Positions 37,528 to 51,284 of a DNA stretch of 64,000 nucleotides are shown piece by piece (the stretch's first letter is position 1; each line of letters opens with the position of its first letter). The position numbers and the translations under genes were made by a program. Source of the DNA: Octopus sinensis (taxonomy: Eukaryota); contig NC_042998.1 of assembly GCF_006345805.1 (NCBI RefSeq), positions 142,414,001-142,478,000 on the forward strand. Direction: 5' to 3'. The notes under the pieces are model-generated. The model saw nothing but the letters and a program-made list of their open reading frames with translations. It did not search any database and was not told the origin of the DNA.

Positions 37528-37705
37528 TTTCAAAATGAAAAATGGCTAAAAAACCCACGAAAGTTTTGAAAGTTTTTTTGTAATTTCGCCCATACAGGGG
37601 CGGAATTCTACGTGAATAATTCTCAGGTTTTTTAGTGAATGAATTTGCACAACGATTAAAACAAAATATTTGACAACAAGGAGTTTTAAACATGTAAAAG
37701 TGGCC

Positions 37706-37761
<56 letters not shown>

Positions 37762-38274
37762 ACAATTATATTTTTACTGACAAAGATATTAAATTTACGA
37801 TAATGCATTTCTGAATTATGATTATGAAATGATGTCTAATTTAGTGGGGTATATATAATTGTATATAATTACATAATTGTTATATAATTTACTAGTGAAT
37901 ATAATATAATGCTGGATATAACATAGTGGTATATATAACTGAATGAGAATGAAGACGAAACAAAAACCAAAAACACACTTGCAAGCGAAAGACTGCTAAA
38001 CAACATAGGAGGGGCGCTGAAAAGTTAATTATGATTTTATTCAGCATATTCTTCTCGCAGATTCACACATTTATTGCAGCGGTCCCTCAGGTTTTCTAAG
38101 CCCTGTGAAAGAACTTGGAAAGTTGGGCCTCCAACCAGGCCTTTGGCACTACTCTTAAAGCAGCAACTTTCCAGCAACCTCTCGAATATATAAATGATAT
38201 GATAAATTACATTATAGAAGTAGTGAAAAGAGGGCAGTGTTGTTTGTGTATTATTTTTATATATATTAAAATCA

Positions 38275-38650
38275 GTGAGCTGGCAGAATCGTTAGCACGC
38301 CGGACAAAATGCTTTGCTGAATTTCATCCGTCTTTACGTCCTTCTAAGTTCACATGGCACCGGGGTCGATGAAATAAGTATCAGTTCAGCACTGGGGTCG
38401 ATGTAATCAACTAGCTCCCTCTCCCAAAAATTCAGGCCTTGTACCCTATGATAGATAGAATTATTTTATAAATATTTAAGGCGATAATCTGGTAGTATCG
38501 TTAGCATGTCGGACAAAATGTTTAATAATATTTCTTCCGGTCATCTTTGCTTCCCATCTTTTCGGGACCGTTAAAATAAAGTATTATTCAAGTACTGGTT
38601 TCGATGTAATTGGCTTGCCACTCCCCTTTAAAATTACTGACTTGCACCAA
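38275..38650 (+). mobile_element. Two tRNA-SINE copies (GGCGAGCTGGCAGAA family)
   Basis: GAGCTGGCAGAATCGTTAGCACGCCGG head. Tails AAATTCAGGCCTTGTACC and AAAATTACTGACTTGCACC. Confidence 0.7.
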
Positions 38651-39099
38651 AGATTTTAAAAAAATTATTTTAAAGAAGTAGCGAATTGGCCGAGTGATTA
38701 AGGCTGTCCGAGTTCAAATTCTAGCCCAAAATCCCTCGAACATTTCTTTCTTTCTCTCTCTCTCTTTCTCTCTTTCTCTCTCTTCTCTCTCTCTCTCTCT
38801 CTATTTACTGGAGATCTACCTTCTTATATCATATGTATGTTTCGAGATATTTAGTGAAAGTAGTGATGTTGCCCTCGACAGCAGTACAAATGTATTTGGC
38901 ACGCAAAACTCCTCTCAAAACTGCCCATCTGTTTGCTTTTCCTTTTTTTTTTGATCGTGTCTTCCGAACAGATTGCACTAATGCGGTGTGTGTAAATGGA
39001 GCCTAAAACACTGGCTCAGAGGCAGTACGTCAATTATAGGCCTTTTCTGAACTGCAGCATCGGAACTATGAATGAAATGTTTGAGGGACTTCCTTTTAT

Positions 39100-39485
39100 T
39101 CTTTTACTTGCTTCAGTATTTGAATGCCGTCATGCTGGGTTTTTTAGTCGAAGAAATCAACCCCGATACTTATTCTTTGTAAGCCTAGTACTTATTCTAT
39201 CGGTCTCTTTAGCCGAACCGCTAAGTTACGGGATCATAAACACACCAACATCGGTTGTTAAATGATGGCGGGGATAAACACAGATACAAAGACACACATA
39301 TATATATACATATATATATATATACACGACGAGCTTCTTTCAGTTTCCGTTTACCAAATCCATTCACAAGGCTTTTTGTCAGCCCAAGGCTATAGTAGAA
39401 GACACTTGCCCAAGTTGTCACTTAGTGGGACTGAACCCGGAACCATGTGGTTTGGGAGCAAGCTTCTTACCACATAACCACGCCT
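39100..39485 (-). mobile_element. tRNA-derived SINE (GGCGTGGCTGTGTGGTAAG family)
   Basis: Reverse complement of the 46485 copy, with B box GGTTCAGTCCC and an internal microsatellite. Confidence 0.85.
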
Positions 39486-40609
39486 GGGAAGTGGAGGAAC
39501 ATTCCCTAAAAAGTGATTTCAGTTATTTGCCTATCTGTTACTTGTATGTCTGGAGAAAAAGCATGCCTGCTGCCAAGAAGTACTATAGAACTAACGAGTC
39601 ACCAATAAGTCAACTGGCTTGAAGTACCATAGGGTCCAGCAGGTGTGAGTGGGGAGGATGTTGCGAAGTACGTGGATGTGTGGTGGGTTGCAGTTATTGG
39701 AAAAACCTAAGAGATTACAGTTTGGGTATCAGGTGAGGTCAAGAATTCTAAGATGTATGAATGCATTCTTCACGGTTCAGCTGAATCAAGTCTCAGCTCA
39801 TTACAGAGTTAGAAGTTTCTAAAATTGTAGTGTTGTGAAAGAGAAAAAGGTTATAAAACCTGTATCAAATTAGATTTGAATACATTTAAGTTTGAGAACA
39901 AACCAAGGAAGAGAGTGAGGAAGAAAAAGAAGACGTATAAATGTCGCAGAGATACAATGCATATGTCAAAATTTAGCGAGTTTGAAACATAAAATAGTTT
40001 CACCGAATTGAAAAACAATACAGAGAAGGAAAATGAAAAAAAGTTTAAACAGAGAAAGAAAATAGTAATATTGAACGAGTTTAAATAGGGGAAATAACGT
40101 GTGAAAAGGGAATTATTGAAGTGAAACGATATCACAGTGTTTACACACACAAAAGGAAATAAAAACTATTTTTTAGATATAAAAAAAATAGTCTGACTTA
40201 CAGAAGCATTAGCAATGTAAGCAAACTAATATTTTGAAAAATAAAATTATAATATCGAAGTTGAGTTATAATATGATATTGAAATATATATGTATATATG
40301 TATAAACACAAACAACTACAATAAAATAGATACAGATGAAAATATGAAATAGTTTCGCCACCTATTTCGTTTGATGTTTTAATTCAGCTAGAATGCGTTT
40401 CAATTGTATATAGAAAATCAGTTTCAAGTGTAGAATCAGTTTAACTTATATAGCTACAATTTCGTATGTGTGTGGTAGAATGGTATATATATAGAGAGAG
40501 AGAGGGAGAGATACATGCGCGCGTACACACAAATACACACATTTAAAAATCAATAGTCGATCAAATTACTCTCGGAGACAAGGTTAGAACCCTTAATGTT
40601 GTTCAATCG

Positions 40610-41790
40610 CATTCCAGGATCTCAGAAGAGTTGCTGGATATGCCTGTGAAAAATACCGGGAAGTTTGCCAGGGAAGAAGCTTCTCAGAAGATGACACAGA
40701 ATGGAACCTTGGAAGAAACTGCACTAATGAATTCTCCAGGCAAGAAGAGTATCTTTGCTATTATTAGCTTTGGTAGTTAACCATGCAATGCTTAGTCATA
40801 ATCTCGAGGACAGTATGACAGAAGACATGCTGCAGAAAGCAAACAAGAATAAAAGAAAAAACACAGTACAGTATACTGATGCTCATTAAAAATACTGTAC
40901 AGTCCATGACTGGCAAGAATCTTTCACAGTGGGGACTGCTAGCTCCGGTACAAACTGAAGTTGCAATTCCCAATTAATAGATTTTTCGGGCTATTATACT
41001 TAATAACTAGGGCAGCATATTTTCCAAAATGAATTACTCTTGGTTCTAGATAATAATAAAAACTTGTACAAGGATCGAAAAATTGGTGACATCTAACTCA
41101 AGTGAAATGGTTTACTTGTTGTTTCTGGTTGTATAGGTAAAACTTTTTTGGTTAACTCAATTTTGGTGAAAAGCTCATTTGTACCATAAGATTACTATTG
41201 CAATGACATTGCCTGGAATTTCTGCAACTTTGTTTTCAAGTAGTTGAACTACTCATTCTTCCTTTAAACTAACATTCAATCAAGCACAATGTCTTGAGTA
41301 CAATACTGGCACAGAATCCACAGAGGGTTCGGAAACAGGCCGATTTGAAAGTGTATGGTGTCCACACAACTACATAATGTCTAATAGACTTCCTGGTCAC
41401 ACCTTACAAGATCTCAGAAGAAACACTAATATCGTGTATTGAGTCACAGTCGAACTTTCTGACAATTTCAGGCAAAGTACATCTGTTATGAGTTGAGGGT
41501 ATAACTGAGTGTTAAAAATGTCATCCTTCTACCATTGTAAGAGACGAATACACTTAATAGAAATGCCACAGCAACCCAGTTTTGCTTCAAATGAACTATG
41601 ATCAGTTACCAGATAATACATGCAATGGAGATTCCACTGTGGAGCAATTATCAACACATTTCAAGAAATATGATTAGAAGTTTATCCTAGCCTTTCACAG
41701 TATTATAGAAGCTGTGACTGGCTTTCTGAACACGCCATTCTAGTTCCCAAAAATGACATTCAATATTTACCAGACCAATCCCAATGGTAC
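40610..41790 (+). mobile_element. Decayed autonomous Helitron (Rep-Pif1 helicase) fragments
   Basis: EDDTEWN..LEETALMNSP..SIFAII; GCIGKTF (Walker A); IAMTLPGISATL..TTHSSFKL; VYPSLSQYYRSCDWLSEHAILVPKND. Confidence 0.7.
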
Positions 41791-42689
41791 AAGAGTATAC
41801 AGGGTGACATATTATTAGTCAACAGACACCCAAGAGCTCGGAGTGAGAGACTCCTAATCCTTATTTAGATATCCCACTAGAAGAAAAACTGGTGTATCAC
41901 CTGCAACTTCATCCACATCCAATGATGTAGACCAGTTCTTCATCTTGGAGTAAAATCATACGTTGTTTAGAGAGGAAGATTGGTCCTGTGCAAGCCCTTT
42001 CCTCACTTTATATTGTATCAGGCATGAGCATCGCTTGATTTTTAACATTTCTGTTATTTGTAGCATACTAGGGCTGTCCGTAGCCGAAAAGGGCAAAACA
42101 CTCAACACGAGGAGGAAGATGAAGAAGAATGAATGAAAGGAAGATGAAGATAGAATGAAAGCATGTATCAGCGTGAGTGGTAACTCTGTGAACACCTGTT
42201 GCAAGAGGTGCCCATCGTTTCTACATCTATGCAAAAGGGTGTTGCTGAACTGAAATGCTACATACGTGTGGCTCATGATTAAGGGTAAAAAATCAAGCGA
42301 TGGCATTGCCCAAAATCGAGTTGCAGGCTAACACTGTGTATGTAATGTATGTATGCAGGTGGGCGTGTGTATGTATGTGTATAAATACATATTGGATACA
42401 TGTTGGAGGTTGGTTTATCGATCAACGACAAAATGTAAACCTAATTTTACCAAATGGATGTGTTGGTACTTATCCATTCGTTCTACTTTGAACTTAAGAA
42501 TATTTCTTTGTTTTCTTTAAAAGCTTGGTTTAATTTCACGCGTGATTGATTTCGGTCAGCAGAAACCAATAACTACTGGATTGAATTGAATTTTTTCACG
42601 CTTTTCAGTTTTGTTTGTGAGGTGCAAAAACAGCCATCTTCACTCATCACACCATCCACATTTATGTCTCGACAACCAACACAACTTTT

Positions 42690-43020
42690 CTTCATCTTCT
42701 CCTTCTTCTTCTTCTTCTTCTCCTTCTTCTTCTTCTTCTTCTTCTTTTTCTACTACTTCCTTTTCTTCTTCTTCCTTCCACTCACTCCTCCTCTTTCTCG
42801 TCTTCTTCCTCTTCTTCCACCTCCTCTTTCTTTTGTCTTTTTCTTACTCTCTCTTCCTCCTCCTTCCCCTTCCCCTCCACAATTCTACTACTTCTTCATG
42901 TTCTTACTCACCTCCGCTTCTTTTTCTTCTTTATCTTCCTCCTCGTCTCATTCCCTTATTTTTCTTCTTCCTTCTCCTCTTCTCTTCCTTTACTTCCTCT
43001 TCTCTTTCTTAATCTTTCTC
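42690..43020. repeat. (TTC)n / pyrimidine-rich low complexity
   Basis: Directly visible. Confidence 0.9.
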
Positions 43021-43540
43021 TTCTCCTTTCCCTTCTATTTATTTTCCCAAAATCTAATCAGTTCGAGCCAGCCACAAGGCCAAACATCCCTGAAAGTTTC
43101 ATCCGAATCCATCCGGCGGTTCTTGAGATATCTTGTCCACGGACAAACAAACACGACTAAAAAACAATACCCCCGCCTTAGTGAAGGCGGGGGTAATAAA
43201 GATAAAATGTAAAAAATAAAAGGACATCAAATAGAAATAAAATAAATAAATATAGGCTCATACACACGATACATACATACATACATACATACATACATAC
43301 ATACATACATACATAAAGTGATGGTTTGTTGCCAACATAATGTAGTAGTCCCAGGACAACCATCACTTTATCGTGCTGCTGCTGTACAAGTCTCTCTGAG
43401 AGATTTAGAAATGCAATATATATGTGTGTGTGTGTGTGTTGTGTGTGTGTGTGTGTGTGTGTGTGTCTATGTATGCATGTATCTATGTATGCATGTATCT
43501 ATGTTTGTATGTACGTATGTACACATATATATATATATAA

Positions 43541-43573
<33 letters not shown>

Positions 43574-44449
43574 GCATATATACATACGTATATGTACATA
43601 CTTACATCTATACCTATATATATATATATGCATATGTGGGCACTGGACGTCACGAAACGTGTACAACAAAAAATACGAAGCACGAGTACATGAAATATGA
43701 ACTCTTTCGAACAACGAAAAACAAATGGAAAACAAGACAAACAACGTAAAGAAAGACCCTTTATCAGTTGTTGGCTGTGTTTCTACTCTCGTATTTCGAG
43801 CATTTAACACCAATATACGCCTTCGATAAAACAGTTGCTCCGGCAAAGCAAATTAGATAAAAATTTGGGATTTTGTAGAATCCCAAAAAACAAGACAGTG
43901 AAAACAAACAGGAAGCGTTGCTAAGTCTAAACGAGGTTGTGGTGGCGAACGCGTAAATCAAGCTTGGACAGGAGACAGGCAACACACGTTTTCCTTGACC
44001 CAGCTACAACGGAGAGAAAGAAAGAAATACAAGTCAGGAGAAGAAAGAAAGATGACCGATGGTCACGTGGGAGCCACATGAGCAGGAGAGGAAGAGTGAA
44101 GGAGAGAGAGTGACAGAAAGAGATTGTCAGGAATGAGAAGAAAAGGAAGAGATCAAATATTTAGGAGTGGGAGTAAGGTGGATTTGTTAGGAGAGAAGAA
44201 GAGAGGAGGTGGGAGAAAGAGAGGGAGATAAGAGATAAAGTTACTAAACATTAGGAGAACATAGTAGTCAAGGGCAAATCACTTAACACTAAAACTATAT
44301 ATTCACATATCTGCACGTACGCGCCTGCATATTCCAACATGCAGAGAGGAAGATGTAGGGAGATCACAAGGTTCAAAAAATATAAAAGTAGCTAAAAAGT
44401 TGTTTGTTATAAATACATGGAAGAGCTTCAAGTGGGGATGGAGGAATAG

Positions 44450-46400
44450 TTAAGGAATAATTGGGGAGAGCGTTATTATTTGTACCTTAAGAATATGTTA
44501 CACAACCTGTGTTTACACTTAAGAATTAGGTCGCTCCGTTCATTCAGACAATCGGTGCATTGCATAGGAGATAAGACTTCTGCGATGCAGAGATCGCATT
44601 TGTTGTTATAACCGTTATACGATTTGGCATGGGTAACGATGGCCAATTTTAAATTATAGAACTGAGTTTCGTTTTAGGTTATGAATGATCCTAAATAAAC
44701 AAGTGCTGTTAGTTCTCGCTTGAGATTTAAAGCTAGAATAGTGATTACCAACTCTGACCTTGAAGGTGGTGCTGCATGAGCCAATATATGTATACTTGGA
44801 ATTTTCCGTTGTCACCGAACATTTATATACAATATGTTTTGTGAAAAGTGGAGTTTACAGGGTTATAATTATCTGGAGCTAACTCGGTTTTATATGTCTT
44901 ATCCGCTGCGGCGTTAGGATTGATATTTTTTAGGGTGGTGAAGGTGTCGTCCAGGGAATGTAGCTTATAATAGTTCTCGTGTCTAGTGATATTATTCCTA
45001 TCATTGCCTATTTCGGTGGTGGGTATAGCCAGATCGCTAGGTTGGTTAAGGGTATTGGGTGGAGTATTAGGATTAGGACTGGTGGCGTAAATGTCGGTGT
45101 TGGTAAGGAGGTTTAAGGATGTCCTAGGGTTATGGGCAGGGGCATGGGGGTTAGGGTCTGTTGTATTAGCGAGATTAAAGTTAACAAATTGCTGGTTACT
45201 TAGTTTCTTATTGTTCATACGTCGCATTATACCGGCAATAGATTGTGGGGTTAAAGATTTTGCTAAGAGAACTGGACCTAGGGAAATGTTTTTCAAGTAG
45301 AGCAAAGAAAAGCTTTGGTACTCTGATCTGAATATTAAGTGCAAAAGGGTGGGGTGGAACCAAATAACGTCACGTGTCCTGGTTCCTGGTCTACTTATTC
45401 TGTTTTAGAGGATTGTCCGAGTGTGGCTTGAGTTATGGAAGTGCGTGCTGGTGTGGATTTCGATGGGCAGCGGTGGATCTGGGATCCAGAATCACAGGGT
45501 GGGAGGAGTGTCAATTGCGTTAGCTACTAAAATATGGGGTGGGCGGAATATAGGGGATACCTCGGGTTCTATCTAAAAGGGCAGATGTATCTGTGGTACC
45601 AGGTTCAGTGGGGGAAGGATCACTCCATAAAGGGAGGCACTTATTCGGATTCTTATATCTGACGCGGTATAGGGTGGAGTTGTAATATTCAGCATATTGC
45701 TCGAATATTTCTTTACTGGAGATCCTATAAGACGCGCTGTTTCCGATTTATTTTAGGACAGATGGAGTGTGATTTGAAGAAAAATTAACGTAATTAAGGT
45801 TCTCCGGGATTTATCGTACGGATTGAATGTGTTGTTTTCTAAATATAGAGTGACATCTAGGAAATTGGCTGTTTTAATATTGGAACTGGAAGAGACGTTA
45901 AGTCCCACGTTTTTAAAAAAAATATTTGATTCTTTTCCTAAGTTGTTCAACTTCGCATTTACTAGAATTCGTAATCGCAAATAGAGCGTCGTCCCTATAT
46001 AGACACCAGAAATATTAGGGAATTGGTTCCATAGACAATGGAGCAAGTAACAACCCACGAGGTCGGTAACTTGGGTCAAGTCTCTCATCCCAATTGGGAT
46101 GTCGAAGTAGTTAACGGTATCCTTGTGGGTCCAAAGTTTTCCATTGAATTTTATAATAGTTCGATGGGCTGTCTAGGATAATATCGATATCACTTCTCGT
46201 TAGGTCAGTATATTTTAGTGCAAATATGATGGCTGTGTTTTGTAGGATAGTATACACGCTGGAATAGTACTAGTCCACCCATTGTTGAGTAATTATTATC
46301 TACGAAGTTCTGCTACCTAGGCGTATTATGTAACCTGGATTTTACCTGCTCCATTCCTTCAATTTGTACTTTTATTCGCATACATAACAACCCTTGTTGC
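44450..46400 (-). mobile_element. Penelope-like retrotransposon (RT + GIY-YIG), decayed
   Basis: DLVGCYLLHCL..NFLDVTL..IWFHP (RT/thumb). IVYKCSVTTENSKYTYIGSCSTTFKVRVGNH (GIY-YIG). C-terminal KCDLCIAE..LNERSDLILKCKH. Confidence 0.85.
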
Positions 46401-46484
46401 TAACCGTGAGCTATAAAAAAACTTTTTTCAGCTTACCGAACTGGGAAAAACTTAAACCTTCAACACCAATAAACGTGTGTGTGT

Positions 46485-46698
46485 AGGCGTGGCTGTGTGG
46501 TAAGAAGTTTACTTCCCAACCACATGGTTCCGGGTTCAGTCCCACTGCGTGGCATCTTGGGCAAGTGTCTTCTACTATAGTCACGAACCGACCAAAGCCT
46601 TGTGAGTGGATTTGGTAGACATAAACTGAAAGAAGCACGTCGTATATATGTGTGTGTGTGTGTGTGGTGTGTGTGTGTGTATGTGTGTGTGTGTGTGC

Positions 46699-46741
<43 letters not shown>

Positions 46742-46975
46742 TGTGTGTGCGTGTGTCTTTATATGTCTGTGTTTGTCCCTCCACTACTGTTTGACAACCG
46801 GTGTTGGTGTGTTTACGTTCCCGTAACTTAACGGTTCGGCAAAGAGTGACCGATAGAATAAATACCAAGCTTTAAAACATAAGCCCTGAGGTCAATTTGT
46901 TCGACTAAAACCCTTCAAAGTGGTGCCCCAGCATGGCTGCAGCCAAATGACAGAAACAAGCAAATAAATAAAAGA
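46485..46975 (+). mobile_element. tRNA-derived SINE, full length
   Basis: A box TGGCTGTGTGG, B box GGTTCAGTCCC, internal (GT)n, tail GAAACAAGCAAATAAATAAAAG. Confidence 0.88.
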
Positions 46976-49528
46976 ATACATACATACAAACATACATGGT
47001 GGCTGCCCCCTCGTTATCGAGTATGGCCATTGCACGAAGCTTAATCAATGTTGTTATCGTGCAATGCCTGTGCAAGAAGATTTTTTTTAAAGTGAGGAAA
47101 GGCTGTGCACTGAGTCAATCCCACTCACTAAGCAACAGCAGCCATAATCCGAAAAGAAGAACAAGTCAACATCATCGGTAACCACTGAGCCGCAGGTTTT
47201 ATCTCGAAGTTATCCCAGTTACCTGAGTTACCTTCTCCTAGAAGGATGCCCTAACAAAGGCAAGGAGTCCTTCACTCCCAATGGTTTAACCGCGCGATCG
47301 GGTATTCAGTCCGATTATTTCTATGTCCCCGCGCATGATATAGCCTTAAGACATTTATTGGATGGCCGTTGACTCACAAGAGTTCCTCCGCCCTTTGATG
47401 GGTTTTGTTTTTCATCCCGCAGGGTGTCCAATAAACACCCTCCTCACCAAGCAAGCTTGGTGGGGTTGCCGGTTTAGTCGCCGACGACCCGACCATGCAA
47501 CAGGTTGTACTGGGTTACATGTTACCAGTAGCACTCGAAAGTGACCTGACATAACATACATACATACATACATACATACATACATACATACATACATACA
47601 TACATACGTACGTACGTACATGTAGGCTAATCTGTTGAGGATGCCTGTTAGCAACGACATCCAGTAAACAAAATCAAAGGGACCACAGAGTAACACAATA
47701 CTGCTATCACACAATTTACAAATAAATCATCATTTTACATAAGCGACTACTAAGATTAATTAAGCCGATTTAATTACCTTTCAATGGTATATTTAATAGC
47801 CATAAAACAAAACGCCTTAGAATTTTTGTAGACATTCGGGGTTCCACATGTATAGTTTAAATCATTCTTTCTGGTCCAGTGAGGTAGCCTGTGATTAGTA
47901 GGACTAATTAAACTGACTTAATTATCGTTTTATAGTATATTTTATAAAATATTTTACAAACAATAAAACACCATGCTTTAGAAATTTTGTTGGCATTCAG
48001 GGAGTCCAATATGTTCTCTATGTGGCCTGCTCTGTTTTGTACATGAGGTTATTGTTTCGTGCAGATTCTGTAGTTTTACCAGTATACTAGACTACCCGTG
48101 ACCCATTGGGTCACCTGGAAAGTTTGAATTTCCCATCAATGGAATTTTGTTTCGTGGGAATTGTTTTCTTTTCCAGCTTATTTCGCGTGCTTTCAACTAA
48201 TGTGACATCGAAGCCACGCGTAAACGGCTTTTTTCCTAGAAAAGGAGAGATTTGGCTGCTATTTCTTGCACATCCTGCTACCACATAACAGGTATGTCGG
48301 GTCCTTCGTCGCAAATAGCTGTTATGTGGTATTAGGGTGTGCTAGAAATAGCAGCCAAATCTTTGGAGCTGAGATACGTTGAATGTACTCCAAAAAATTC
48401 TTGCAACGGTATTTCCTTGGGCGATCTTTCGCTTTGACTCTCAGAACAGTCACTTTGACTCTCAGAACTGTCGTCCGGATCAGCTGGTTTTGTTCGTTAA
48501 TTTTCGTAAAAAAATTTTATTTACTTTTCTTTTTAAAGTGAAAGAGAGGAGAATGTGAAAGATGTATGCACGTGTAAATGAAATGGACGTGTGTGTGTCT
48601 ATGTATATGTCTGTGAGAGGGAGAGGGAGTTCCACTTACACATATATGAGAACACACACGTTCACTCACTCACTCTTTCTCTCTCTCTCTCTCTCTCTAT
48701 CTCTATCTCTCTCTTCCTTTCTCTCTTTCAAACTTTCTCCTCTCACTTTAGAACAAAACTAAATAAATAAATAAATTTTACGGAAATTAACGAACTTCGG
48801 ATGACAAGTGAAATATCGCCATTCACTTCAAAATAATTTTTAAAAACATTAAAATATTGTCTGTTTAAAGAAAGCTAAAATACAAAATACTTATTGTACA
48901 AGCAACTTACATTTTTGAAATCACATTCAGTTAAAAATATTTCTAAATGATTAAAATATTGTGTACGTCAAAAAGTTGACGTTTTCTTTTCTTCTCAGAG
49001 AACACGAAGACTACATGTGTGTATTTGTCACAGATTGTGTACGTATGTTTGTATTGATTGATAACCATGACATTCATTATATGTATGTGTATTTTGTATG
49101 TGAGTATGTGTTGACGGCACGGAAACCATGTCTTTTTTTTCATCAAGAAATAACAAACAAAATTATGTTTAATCGTTTTCATTAATAAATAGAGGTCCAG
49201 ATATCACAAAAATTTATACGGCACTGCCGAAGGTAAGTATGAAAATAAATATGCAAAAAAAAAATTAAGATAAAATATACTATTTCGGAGATATTTTGGG
49301 TACACACAAACATCTCTAGAGTTTTAGTATTATTAAGATGTGAATGTGTGTTTGTACGTGCATGAGTGTATGTGTGTATGTGTGTGATCGTGCATGTGTG
49401 TGCGTGTGCATATGTGTTTGTTAGTATGTGTGTATGTGCGCGTGCGTGCGCATTTGGGCGTGTACGTGTATGCGTGTGTGTTTGTGTATTACATGTGTGT
49501 ATGTGTGTGCGTGTGCGTGTATCTGTGC

Positions 49529-49578
<50 letters not shown>

Positions 49579-50471
49579 CGCTGAGGTCGACTATACTTTT
49601 TATCCTTTCAGAGTCAGTAAAATCCTTTCAGAGTCAAGTACTGGAGTCGATGGTATCGACTTACTCCTAGCCACCACTTCTATCATTGACGTGTTTCATA
49701 AAAGATCCTAATAGTTTAAATAAACTGACCGTCTTCTCTGGGAATCGAAACCAATTTTGCGTTCTCGGAAAATTCCCTCACTGCAGCAGGAAATTTATCG
49801 TTTGTGTGGTATAGGAAGATCCGATTATGGTTGTTTGTGACATTCTGAAGATCTTATAAACGACAATCGAAGTGTTGATACACCAAACTGCTTCGCCTGT
49901 CTGTATAAAATTAGATCACTTTAATTCAGAAGAGTTGTTTGGTATGAAGATACCGTGGCCTAGTGGATAGAGATGTTGGAATTATGATTGTAAGGCCGTG
50001 GTTCGATTCTTAGATTGGGTATCACGTATTGTTCTTGAGCAAGGCACCTCATTTTCCTTTGCTCCAGTTTCCTCAGCTGTAAATGAGTACCAACCGACCT
50101 GACCTGCTAGTATATCTTTCCCCCCACACTCTCTCTCCCCCCCCCCACGCTGTCACATGCTCCATGTCCCACTGGCGACTACACAAGCACCCAAAACAAT
50201 TAGCGAAAAGGTGGTATAAGCCACCACTTCATACTCGCTTACTAGTGACGACTGGACGATATTCCTTAGGTAGTTATTTGTTTATCATGTTTCATGACAG
50301 AATAGAGTACTACCGTATATGTTAATAAAACGAGAGAAGCTGAGTTCGCAATCAGATACCGTGTTGAAACCATTTCCTTTCTTTCTTATATCACTAAATC
50401 TCTTGACAAATTAATCTACGTCACAACTTCTTATTCCCTTCTAGGATGTCCATTAGATTCCTAGAAATCCG

Positions 50472-50700
50472 AGGCGGCGAGCTGGCAGAACCATTAGCAC
50501 GCCGGGCGAAGTGCTTAGTGGTATTTCGTCTGCCGTTACGTTCTGAGTTCAAATTCCGCCGAGGTCCACTTTGCCTGTCATCCTTTCGGGGTCGATAAAT
50601 TAAGTACCAGTTACGCACTGGGGTCGATGTAATCGACTTACTCTCTTTGTCTATCCTTGCTTGTCCCCTCTGTGTTTAGCCCCTTGTGGGTAGTAAAGAA
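50472..50700 (+). mobile_element. tRNA-derived SINE with Tx1-like 3' tail
   Basis: A box TGGCAGAACC, B box GAGTTCAAATTCC. The last 41 nt match the Tx1 3' end at 33/41 positions, ungapped. Confidence 0.85.
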
Positions 50701-50724
50701 GTCTATGGAATACTTTCAAATTTT

Positions 50725-51090
50725 GCCACAAGACCAGCCATTTTGGTGGGAGTGGGTGAACCGAAAGGTAAAGCTCATCTCGGCAGGATTTGAACTCAGA
50801 ACGTAAAGAGCAAGAAGAAATGCAGTTATGCGTTTTGTCCAATGCACCATTCTGACAGCTCACCGCCATTAATGGCTTCAAATTTTGGTGCAAATCCAGC
50901 GATTTTTAGTGTGAGTAACTAAGTCGATTAGGTCGACCCCAATGCACAACTGGTACCTTATTTTATCGAACCTGAAACGATGAAAGGCAAAAATTGATCT
51001 TGGTGGCATTTTAGCTCAGAACGTACGGCCGAAAGAAGTACTGCTATTGCATTTTGTCCGACGCGCTAACGATTCTGCCAGCTCGCCACC
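50725..51090 (-). mobile_element. Two further SINE copies of the same head family
   Basis: Reverse complements of the GGCGAGCTGGCAGAATCGTTAGC head and body. Confidence 0.75.
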
Positions 51091-51284
51091 TACTTGTGTC
51101 TATGTATTGATGTGGCGTTGATTTTTCAGAATTACCAAAACAAAGGTCGTTAAACACAAACAGGCTTCTCTGTGTTTTGTTAATTAGCTAATTAGCTATT
51201 GGTTTCAAATTAGCTATTGGTTTCTAATTACCAAATTCACTTAGGCTGAAGTGAAATGGCAGATATGTTATTACTGATATTTCT

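Larger units (their letters stand above)
31657..37706 (-). mobile_element. Full-length Tx1/L1-clade non-LTR retrotransposon in (TATC)n
   Basis: 5' UTR, ORF1, ORF2 and a 3' UTR ending AATAAAGAAAC-ATATCTATC. (TATC)n at both ends. Confidence 0.95.

Noticed and set aside
40610-40780. Possible host exon after TTCCAG
   Set aside because: The two overlapping frames join into a Helitron motif (DDxEW..LEExA..SP..LFAII), so it is transposon debris.
43636-43670. GTG..CAC GAAAC GT GTA half-hammerhead
   Set aside because: The CUGANGA core and stem I 5' strand are missing, replaced by microsatellite. At most a truncated remnant.
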